A program made the position numbers and the translations under genes. A DNA stretch of 60,011 nucleotides, taken from a bacterium. GTDB lineage: Bacteria; Sysuimicrobiota; Sysuimicrobiia; Sysuimicrobiales; Kaftiobacteriaceae. Shown piece after piece: positions 48,483 through 56,744 of the stretch. The stretch's first letter is position 1, and every line of letters begins with the position of its first letter. Where the stretch lies: the NCBI GenBank assembly GCA_044868695.1, contig JBIOWP010000056.1, positions 1-60,011 on the forward strand, given 5' to 3'. Below the pieces are notes generated by a model. The model was given only the letters and a program-made list of their open reading frames with translations, made no database searches and was not told where the DNA came from.

Positions 48483-48507
48483 TCGGGCGCGCCCTGGCCG
48501 CGATCGT

Positions 48508-48548
48508 GAAGAGGGGGGAGCCCGACCGGGCTCCCCCCTCTTCGTTTT
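48508..48548 (+). terminator. Rho-independent terminator after the YtxH gene
   Basis: 16-bp perfect stem GAAGAGGGGGGAGCCC / GGGCTCCCCCCTCTTC followed by GTTTT. Confidence 0.85.
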
Positions 48549-48580
48549 GGGGGGAGGCGCCTCAACGGGGTCTGACCTTA

Positions 48581-48618
48581 GTCAATATATTGACGATATT
48601 CAATTTATATGGTAGCCT
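48581..48618 (+). promoter_or_regulatory. ars promoter with overlapping ArsR-type operator
   Basis: TTGACG (48590-48595), 17 bp, TAGCCT with TG extension; AT-rich inverted repeat ATTGACG-AT-ATTCAAT. Confidence 0.65.
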
Positions 48619-48643
48619 CGGGCTCAGGGCTGGGAGGCCGATC

Positions 48644-48997
48644 ATGGTGCTGAAGATGATCCACATGGAACGCCGGTGCTGCGACGAGAACTGCGCGGTG
48701 ACGATCGAGCGCACCCACTTCGACGACGGTGAAATCCGGGAGGGCGCGCGGTCGTTCAGCGCCCTCGGTGACGAGACCCGCCTGAAGATCATCCGCCTGC
48801 TTTCCCAGCACGAAGCTCTGTGCGTATGCGAGCTCCAGGTCCCCTTCGAGATCGAGCAGCCGACGATCTCCCACCACCTGAAGGTGCTGCGGGAGGCCAA
48901 CCTGGTCGAGGTCCAGCGGCGGGGAACGTGGGCGTACTATTCGCTACGAAAGGACGCGCTGAAGGACCTGACGCAGCAGTTGCTCGGCGTGCTCTAG
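48644..48997 (+). CDS. arsR: ArsR/SmtB metalloregulator
   Basis: FSALGDETRLKII, LCVCEL, QPTISHHLKVLREANLV, RGTWAYYSL; N-terminal CC..C. Confidence 0.92.
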   Translation: MVLKMIHMERRCCDENCAVTIERTHFDDGEIREGARSFSALGDETRLKIIRLLSQHEALCVCELQVPFEIEQPTISHHLKVLREANLVEVQRRGTWAYYSLRKDALKDLTQQLLGVL

Positions 48998-49040
48998 GAC
49001 CTCTTCAATTGATGTACGTCGATATTTGGAGGACCGCGAC

Positions 49041-49487
49041 ATGATGATCCGTGCCGCCGGCTCGGGCGACCTTCCGACCATTGAGGCCTTACTTGCGTCG
49101 TTCGACCTGACCACCGCCGGCGTGGCCGGGTCTCTCGGCGGATTCCTCGTCGCTGAGGACGGCGGCCAGATTATCGCGATGGCGGGACTCGAGGTCTATG
49201 GGACCGGGGCCTTGCTCCGGTCGGTGGCGGTGCGCTCTGACCACCGGAACCGCGGGATCGCCAAGACATTGGTCACACGCCTGGTCGACCACGCCCGCGA
49301 CGCGGGGGTCCGTGAGGTGTACCTGCTGACGACGGCCGCCAAGGCGTACTTCGAACGGTTGGGATTCGATGCGGTCTCCCGGGCAATCGTCGACCCGGCG
49401 GTGACCCGGTCGGCGGAGTTCGGCGACTCGTTGTGCGCAACAGCGGTCGCGATGCGGCTGACTCTGAGGGATGGAGGACGGGGATGA
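49041..49487 (+). CDS. arsN2: Arsenic resistance N-acetyltransferase ArsN2 (GNAT)
   Basis: GLEVYG..ALLRSVAV, YLLTTAA..YFERLGF, SAEF..LC..AVAM; between arsR and arsM. Confidence 0.85.
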   Translation: MMIRAAGSGDLPTIEALLASFDLTTAGVAGSLGGFLVAEDGGQIIAMAGLEVYGTGALLRSVAVRSDHRNRGIAKTLVTRLVDHARDAGVREVYLLTTAAKAYFERLGFDAVSRAIVDPAVTRSAEFGDSLCATAVAMRLTLRDGGRG

Positions 49488-50182
49488 TACAAGCCGAGGA
49501 GATCAAGCGGGTGGTCCGCGAGCACTATGCTGGACGGTCGGCGAATGGGTGCTGCGGAGGGAGCGAGTGCTGCGGGACTCCAGAGGAGGCCGTGGCGGGG
49601 TTCGTCGGGCCGTCGCTGGGCTGCGGCAGCCCACTCGCCCACGCCGCCCTCCAATCCGGCGAGACGGTGGTCGACCTCGGCTCAGGGGCCGGCAGCGACG
49701 TCCTCCGGGCGGCGGCGACGGTCGGCCCGTCCGGCCGCGCGATCGGCACGGACATGACGCCGGAGATGGTCTGGAAGGCACGCGAGAATGCGCGAAGGCT
49801 GGGGGTTGCCAACGCGGAGTTCCGGCTTGGCGAGATCGAACACCTGCCGCTTCATGACGCGTCCGCCGACATCGTGATCAGCAACTGCGTGATCAACCTG
49901 GTCCCTGACAAGGCCGCCGCGTTTCGCGAGGCGTTCAGAGTCTTGCGACCGGGCGGGCGCCTGGTGGTCTCCGACATGGTGGTCAATGGCACGCTACCCG
50001 ACGTCGTCCGCGCCGATCCTACGGCGTGGGCGGCCTGCATCGCCGGTGCGCTGGATGTACAGGAGTACCTTGCGATTATCCGGGCCGCTGGATTTGATGA
50101 CGTCGAGGCCGTCGCGTCCACCCCGGGTGGGCGGGGGCAGGTGTTCAGCCTCACGGTGCGGGCCGCGAAACCTGCCGGTTAA
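49484..50182 (+). CDS. arsM: Arsenite S-adenosylmethionine methyltransferase
   Basis: N-terminal [37 protein letters not shown]. Confidence 0.9.
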   Translation: MIQAEEIKRVVREHYAGRSANGCCGGSECCGTPEEAVAGFVGPSLGCGSPLAHAALQSGETVVDLGSGAGSDVLRAAATVGPSGRAIGTDMTPEMVWKARENARRLGVANAEFRLGEIEHLPLHDASADIVISNCVINLVPDKAAAFREAFRVLRPGGRLVVSDMVVNGTLPDVVRADPTAWAACIAGALDVQEYLAIIRAAGFDDVEAVASTPGGRGQVFSLTVRAAKPAG

Positions 50183-50251
50183 CCCGAGTAGGCCAGGCGC
50201 CGGTAGAAGTCGACAGAGGCCCGAGTTCGCCGCCGCCCCCTAGACGACGCG

Positions 50252-50908
50252 TCACATCCACAGGTCGCGATGGCGGTAGATGTCGACGACCGGTCCGCGC
50301 GGGTAAGCGCGGCGGTATGCCCGGAACCGGGCGAGCAGCCGGCGGTAGCGGCGGTGGGACGATCTCAGCGTGCGGTGGGGAATGTCCAGGAGGAACCGCT
50401 CGACCTTCCACATGTTCGCCCGCGCAAATCGCCAGTCGTAGTCCTCGAGCTGGCGCAGGTCCACGAGTTGATAGCCGGTGATGCGGCCGGTGAAGTCCAC
50501 GTAGGGATCAAAATAGCTCCAGACCAAGGCGCGGATCGTGCGGAACACCGGTTTGCGTCCGTGCAGGCCAGCGTCCCGGGAGCGGGCCACGCTGCCCCAC
50601 CGCCCTCGCCGGCGGAAGACGTAGATGACGTGGTCCACGCCGTCCTTCGATTCGAAACTGACGACCAGCGGCGGGTACCCGTGCTGTTCGAGGATCGCCG
50701 CCGCGGCCAGCGCCGCTTCGAGGCACTGCGCGGTGCGGCGGCGCACAACCTCACGAAAGGACCGGAGGGTGTCGCCGCCGCGTTCCCAGTTGTAGGGTAG
50801 GGTGCGCAGAAAGCGCTGCGTCTGCTCAGGCGTGCGGCAGCGCCGGATGATGTGCCACTCCCGGCGCGTAAACGCCGCCCTCGGCGGCGGCCCTCCCCGC
50901 GAACTCAT
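50252..50908 (-). CDS. Hypothetical protein, possible transglutaminase-like Cys-His fold
   Basis: LPYN, AQCLEAALAAA, DHVIYVF, WGSVARS; coherent ORF between arsM and the cupin gene. Confidence 0.6.
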   Translation of the reverse strand: MSSRGGPPPRAAFTRREWHIIRRCRTPEQTQRFLRTLPYNWERGGDTLRSFREVVRRRTAQCLEAALAAAAILEQHGYPPLVVSFESKDGVDHVIYVFRRRGRWGSVARSRDAGLHGRKPVFRTIRALVWSYFDPYVDFTGRITGYQLVDLRQLEDYDWRFARANMWKVERFLLDIPHRTLRSSHRRYRRLLARFRAYRRAYPRGPVVDIYRHRDLWM

Positions 50909-50966
50909 GGGCCGATGTATTCTAAGATTCGAGAACAGATGCCTTTAGATGGACAGGAGATACGAG

Positions 50967-51350
50967 ATGGACGTGTTCAAGGCGGATCGCAGCAAGGCCG
51001 GCGCACCCGACCGGCCGGAGTACTTCTCAGGCCCTGTGCGGATCCACACCCTACGCCGCCCGGAGACGCCGGGAGCCATCGAACTGCTCGGGGTCTTCTT
51101 CGACCGCGGCGCGCGCACGATTCCCCACACCCACGACGCGGATCAGGTGCTCATGTTCGTCGAGGGGGAGGGGATCGTGGCCACCGAAGGCGAGCGCCGG
51201 GTCCTGCGGGCGGGCGAGGTGGCCGTGATTCCCGGCGGCACGTGGCACTGGCATGGGGCGACGAAAACCTCGGCCATGGGTCATCTCTCGATCAAGGCCG
51301 CCGGGCCGAGCAATTGGAGTGTTCCAAAGAAGAACTGGGAGGACTATTGA
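50967..51350 (+). CDS. Cupin domain protein
   Basis: AGGAG RBS; GART.PHTH..DQVL...GEG and IPGGTWHWHGA cupin motifs. Confidence 0.88.
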   Translation: MDVFKADRSKAGAPDRPEYFSGPVRIHTLRRPETPGAIELLGVFFDRGARTIPHTHDADQVLMFVEGEGIVATEGERRVLRAGEVAVIPGGTWHWHGATKTSAMGHLSIKAAGPSNWSVPKKNWEDY

Positions 51351-52261
51351 CGCGGCGAGAGTCGCTCATACGAACCGGGGCGAAGCTCCACGGTGAACGC
51401 GTCAGGGTGCAGCATCGCCGCGAGCATCTCCAGCCCGGTGACGATGCGCGGACCGGGACGGTTGAAGAATGCCGACGCGTCGGTGAGGTAGACCCTACCG
51501 GTCTGCACCGCAGGTAGTTCCGCCCAGCCGCGCCGTCCCGCCAGCAGCCAGATCTCCCGCCGCGTTCGCGGGACGTCGAACCCGCACGGCATGACCACGA
51601 CGACCTCTGGGCTGGCCCTCATGACCTCCTCCCAGGCGGCCACGAAGGACGGCTCCCTCGGCCGGCCCAGCACGTCTCGTCCCCCCGCAATCTCCACCAT
51701 CTCTGGCACCCAGTGCCCGGCGATGTACAGGGGGTCCAGCCACTCGAGACAGGCCACGCTCGGGGCCGGCAGCCCTACGACGGCGGAGCGCACGCGGTCG
51801 ATGCGGCGCTCCAGCCCGCTCACCAGGGCGTCGGCTTCCGGCATGCGCCCGGCCAGCTCGCCGACCAGACGCAGGTTGTCGAGAATGTCCAGGAGCCCTT
51901 CCGGTTCCAACGAGACGATGTTGGTGGCTGCGTCGAGGAGCCTGGCCGCCTGCTTCACCAGCGTGTAGGACGGCGCGCACACGGCGCACAGCTCCTGCGT
52001 GAGGATGAGGTCCGGGGCCAGATCCGCCAGCTGTCGTTCGTCAAGGTGATACACGCTTTTGCCCGTGTGGATCTGGCCGCGGATGCGGGTCTCGATGAGG
52101 CCGCTGGGCAGGTCGGTGGTGACGATGGCTTCGCTGAGGACGGGTTTGCCGCGGATCTCCGGCGGATAGTCACAGTCGTGCGACACCCCCACGAGCTGGT
52201 CGGACAGCCCGAGGGCGCACACCATCTCGGTGGCGCTGGGGAGCAATGACACGATGCGCAT
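51344..52261 (-). CDS. Cobalamin/Fe-siderophore-type substrate-binding protein (BtuF-like, no signal peptide)
   Basis: MRIVSLLPSATE, GVSHDCDYP, PDLILTQELCAVCA, LEWLDP, GHWVPEM, FNRPGPR. Confidence 0.85.
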   Translation of the reverse strand: MRIVSLLPSATEMVCALGLSDQLVGVSHDCDYPPEIRGKPVLSEAIVTTDLPSGLIETRIRGQIHTGKSVYHLDERQLADLAPDLILTQELCAVCAPSYTLVKQAARLLDAATNIVSLEPEGLLDILDNLRLVGELAGRMPEADALVSGLERRIDRVRSAVVGLPAPSVACLEWLDPLYIAGHWVPEMVEIAGGRDVLGRPREPSFVAAWEEVMRASPEVVVVMPCGFDVPRTRREIWLLAGRRGWAELPAVQTGRVYLTDASAFFNRPGPRIVTGLEMLAAMLHPDAFTVELRPGSYERLSPRQ

Positions 52262-52322
52262 GGGCTCTCGAACGCCCGTTCTGCAGGAGGGGACTGTCCC
52301 CTCCTTCCGACGGACCCGAATG

Positions 52323-52356
52323 ACAAGGGCCTGCGGAATGCTCCACAGGCCCTTGT
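52323..52356 (-). terminator. Hairpin downstream of the DEAD-box gene (possible terminator)
   Basis: ACAAGGGCCTG...CAGGCCCTTGT stem; U-tract weak. Confidence 0.5.
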
Positions 52357-52373
52357 GCCGTAGGACGGGTCGT

Positions 52374-53513
<1,140 letters not shown>

Positions 53514-53691
53514 AATAGAAATCGCCTCCTATGTGTTCCGGTCAACTGACCGGATGCGGCATGTAGCCGCGTGAGTTAGTGCCGGCATCTGCGCGTGTCT
53601 CGCCGGAACCAACTCGCCACATAGAAGGCCCGCGACACACAACGCGAGGGATGCCGCCCATGGCATCCCTCGCAGAACGCATTATGACGAC
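53514..53691 (-). ncRNA. Structured 5' leader of the DEAD-box helicase gene (putative cis-regulatory RNA)
   Basis: Hairpins at 53644-53673 and 53537-53554; 53618-53629 is complementary to the SD region 53524-53535. Confidence 0.5.
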
Positions 53692-53697
53692 AACAGG

Positions 53698-53726
53698 AGC
53701 ATACCACGTCTGAGTTGCGATGTCAA
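53698..53726 (-). promoter_or_regulatory. Sigma70-type promoter TTGACA-N17-TATGCT (extended -10)
   Basis: Plus-strand TGTCAA at 53721-53726 and AGCATA at 53698-53703, 17-bp spacer, TG extension. Confidence 0.8.
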
Positions 53727-53756
53727 ACGACCGCTCGCGCCGCCACCGACCGTGGC

Positions 53757-54119
53757 TTACTCCTCCCCGCGCGGGACCTGCACGATGCAGAAGAGGTTGC
53801 CGTCGGGATCTTCCAGCACGACAAAGTCATCGTCCGGTTTGTACCGCCACGGATAGCGGATCGCCCCGATCTTGACCAGCCGCTCCACTTCGCCTTCTTG
53901 GTCGTGCGTGTAGAGGTCGAGGTGCAATCGACTCCGTTTGCCCGCGCGCCGTTCCGGAGCTTTGTCCAGAGAGATGTTCGGCCCATGTCCCTGCGGATCC
54001 CGCAGAATCACCCAGCCGCCCTCCGGAGGCCGCTTGGGCACGTAGTGGAGCGCGTCCTGCCAAAACGCGAGCATCTTGTCGAACTCATAACAACGGATCA
54101 CAATCGAACCGATTTTCAT
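53757..54119 (-). CDS. VOC/glyoxalase family protein
   Basis: IVIRC, LAFWQDAL, RLHLDL, EVERLVKIGA, VVLEDPDGNLFCIV. Confidence 0.9.
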   Translation of the reverse strand: MKIGSIVIRCYEFDKMLAFWQDALHYVPKRPPEGGWVILRDPQGHGPNISLDKAPERRAGKRSRLHLDLYTHDQEGEVERLVKIGAIRYPWRYKPDDDFVVLEDPDGNLFCIVQVPRGEE

Positions 54120-54154
54120 CTTCCACGCTTACGCGTCACAGATGAGGAGCTACG

Positions 54155-54529
54155 CTACCACCGCGGCCCCCGGCCGCGCCGCTCGCCCCGGCGGCCGCCG
54201 CCACCACCGCCGCCCGGCCGCCCACCGCGTGGCGGTCCACCGCCGCCCGGCCGTCCGCCGCGCCCGCCGCCTCCGCTGTCCCGAAATGACGGTCGCTCGG
54301 TGCGCGGCCGCGCCTCGTTGACCACCAGCGATCGCCCCTTGTAGTCCTTGCCGTTCATCGCGGCGATCGCATCGGCCGCTTTCTCGGCGGGCACCTCGAC
54401 GAACCCGAATCCCCGCGCGGAGATCAGGCGCGTCTCCGCCACCGGGCCCCAGGCCTCAAACAGGCCGCGGAGTTCTTGCTCGGTCACATCGTAGGGCAAA
54501 TTGCCGACGTACAAGCTCTTCGTTGCCAC
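54155..54529 (-). CDS. RRM RNA-binding protein with Gly/Arg-rich (RGG) tail
   Basis: LYVGNL (RNP2), RGFGFVE (RNP1), LVVNEARPR, GGRPGGGG tail; GAGGAG RBS. Confidence 0.93.
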   Translation of the reverse strand: MATKSLYVGNLPYDVTEQELRGLFEAWGPVAETRLISARGFGFVEVPAEKAADAIAAMNGKDYKGRSLVVNEARPRTERPSFRDSGGGGRGGRPGGGGPPRGGRPGGGGGGGRRGERRGRGPRW

Positions 54530-54571
54530 CGTGTCGCTCCTCTCACCTGATGTGGTCTGTGGGCAGGCCGC

Positions 54572-55429
54572 TCAGCGGGCGCGCGCGGCGGCGCCGTTGG
54601 ACGATGGGGACGACTCTCTGACATGTCGCAGCGATGCAGTGCGTGGAAGGGACCGCTCGGCGTTGTGGTACGCGAACTGGACGATCCGCTTGGCCGCGGT
54701 GCCGCGGTAGGTGAGCACGCTCAGGCCCCCGCGCCGCCGCCGCATGACCCCGGGACCGACCCCCGCGTGCTTGGTCAGCCCAGTCTTCAAGCCGGCCAGA
54801 AACTCCTCCGGGCCTTCGAGCGCTACGACACGGACGGCGGTGAGCGACGAGGGGATCCGCTGCAGCCCGAATGGGGGATTGCCGCGTCCCCCCTCCAGAT
54901 ACCCCCGGACGAAATGCGGGAGCAGCGAGCCGGGGATGAGGGCAACGGGGACCGACCCTTCGGTCGGATCCGCGCCCGGGGTGCCCCACTCGGCCAGCAT
55001 CTGTGCCAGGTCGCGATCGCGGATGTAGGCTTGCAGCCCGTCGTGATTGCTTTCACACCATTCGCAGGTGGGATGACCCGAGCAGAGGTCCTCGATCAGC
55101 GTGGTGACGTGGTCGGCGTCTCTCCGGTCCACGGCCAGCACCAGCGTCGGCACGGATCCCTGCAGGAACAGGCGCCCGGCCGCCGCGATGTACCCGACCC
55201 AGTAGAGCTGGGTGGCGCCCCGCGCTCGCGTGGCCGCCTGACGCAGGTGGAACGGATTCAGCAGCCGCTCGTCCTTCCGGCGGCGGATAATCCGCATCAC
55301 AGCCGGCACCGGCAGGCCGTGCTTCGCGGCTATCTGATGTGGGGCGAGACCCGCGGCAAAATCTGACTGAATATGGAACAGTTGATAAGGATCCCGCCGC
55401 GGGGATCGGCGGGTAGGTGTCACCCTCAC
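54572..55429 (-). CDS. HTH plus degenerate double-motif LAGLIDADG-family protein
   Basis: PHQIAAKHGLPVPAVMRII (HTH-like), YWVGYIAAAG and PHFVRGYLEGGRG LAGLIDADG-like helices, G.EEFL and LTYRG..A..I..F.Y. Confidence 0.65.
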   Translation of the reverse strand: MRVTPTRRSPRRDPYQLFHIQSDFAAGLAPHQIAAKHGLPVPAVMRIIRRRKDERLLNPFHLRQAATRARGATQLYWVGYIAAAGRLFLQGSVPTLVLAVDRRDADHVTTLIEDLCSGHPTCEWCESNHDGLQAYIRDRDLAQMLAEWGTPGADPTEGSVPVALIPGSLLPHFVRGYLEGGRGNPPFGLQRIPSSLTAVRVVALEGPEEFLAGLKTGLTKHAGVGPGVMRRRRGGLSVLTYRGTAAKRIVQFAYHNAERSLPRTASLRHVRESSPSSNGAAARAR

Positions 55430-55442
55430 ATCATATCACGAG

Positions 55443-56603
55443 TTACGGCGCGGCTCCAGAGGCAGGCTCCGACCGGGCCACCCGGCTGAGGCGGAAGAGC
55501 CCAATCGGATGCCGCGTGCGGCCGTCCAGCGCAAGATCGGCCAGCACTTCGCCCACCGTGGAGGCAAACTTGAAGCCGTGACCGGAGAATCCGCAGGCGA
55601 TCGTGACCGCGGGCAGCCCCGGATGGCGGTCGATGATGAAATGGCCGTCGGGAGTGTTCGTGTACATGCAGGCGGCGGTTTGCAGGAGGTCGCCTGCCGC
55701 GTCCGGGAGGAGCCCCGCCAGCAGCCCCCGCATGCGGGCCGCCTCCTCCGCGGTCACCTCACGGCGGATCGTCTCCGGGGTGCAAAACTCCCCGCTGTGG
55801 TGGTGCGCGGCCTTCACGCTGCCGTCGGGAAGGGCCGGGAATCCGTAGAAAAACCTGTCTTGGGCGTACTCATAGATGTAGATGGGAAAGCGTTCCGGCG
55901 CGAACGCCGCCGCGTCACCGCGCGGCCGGAACCAGTACATGACGTTGCGCTCCACCCGCAGGGGCAACCCGAGGTCGCGGAGGACCTGGGGCGCCCAGGG
56001 GCCCGCCGTGATCACCAGCCGTCCCGCGGAGTAGGTGGCCTGCGGGGTCGTGACCTCCACCGATTCGCCGCGGGCGCTCCAGCGGAGCACGGGTTCCTCG
56101 AAGCGCAGCGTCGCGCCGGCCCGCCGGGCGCCGTCCAGGTGGGCTCGGACGCAGGCCTCCGGGAAGAGGACGCCCGCGTTGGGCTCCTGGACCCCAACGG
56201 TGTCCGGGCTCAGGCGGAACGGGGCGAACCGGCGGTGCACTTGGTCGGCCGAGATGAGCTCGTGCGGCAGCCGGTGCGCCCGCGCGCTGGCCAGGGCACC
56301 CTGCACGAGGACGCCGGAGGCGGGGCCGATCATCAGGCCGCCCGTCATGACCAGCAGCGGGATCCCCGTGTCATCCTGTAGCGCCCGCCACAGTTCGTAC
56401 GCCCGCTGGATCAGCGGGACGTAGTCGGGGTGCTCGAAGTAGGCCTCGCGGATGATGCGGGAGCGGCCGTGGGACGAGCCGCGGTCGTGGGCGGGAGTGA
56501 ACTGCTCCAGACCGATCACGCGCACGCCGCGCGCGGCGAGGTGGTGGGCCGCGGCGCTGCCCATCGCGCCGAGGCCGATGACAATGATGTCGAAGGCCGG
56601 CAT
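55443..56603 (-). CDS. solA: N-methyl-L-tryptophan oxidase / monomeric sarcosine oxidase family
   Basis: IVIGLGAMGSA, GSSHGRSRIIR, CMYTNTPDGHFIID, GFSGHGFKF; real start at 56603. Confidence 0.9.
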   Translation of the reverse strand: MPAFDIIVIGLGAMGSAAAHHLAARGVRVIGLEQFTPAHDRGSSHGRSRIIREAYFEHPDYVPLIQRAYELWRALQDDTGIPLLVMTGGLMIGPASGVLVQGALASARAHRLPHELISADQVHRRFAPFRLSPDTVGVQEPNAGVLFPEACVRAHLDGARRAGATLRFEEPVLRWSARGESVEVTTPQATYSAGRLVITAGPWAPQVLRDLGLPLRVERNVMYWFRPRGDAAAFAPERFPIYIYEYAQDRFFYGFPALPDGSVKAAHHHSGEFCTPETIRREVTAEEAARMRGLLAGLLPDAAGDLLQTAACMYTNTPDGHFIIDRHPGLPAVTIACGFSGHGFKFASTVGEVLADLALDGRTRHPIGLFRLSRVARSEPASGAAP

Positions 56604-56744
56604 CGGGTGTCCCCACCGGGAGACTTCGCGCTCGACGCCGGCACTTCCGTCCTCCGCCGCGAAGGCAACGCACGCTAAACTTACCGTGTTCGGGGATTGT
56701 CTTGGTAGCGCGGGCCCGGGGTCGTAGGGTATCATAACCCACAC

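Noticed and set aside
54160..54275. CCG-rich low-complexity repeats
   Set aside because: They encode the Gly/Arg tail of the RRM protein
54572..55429. Active homing endonuclease in a group I intron or intein
   Set aside because: The flanking genes are intact, no intron or intein boundary is evident, and the catalytic acidic residues appear lost
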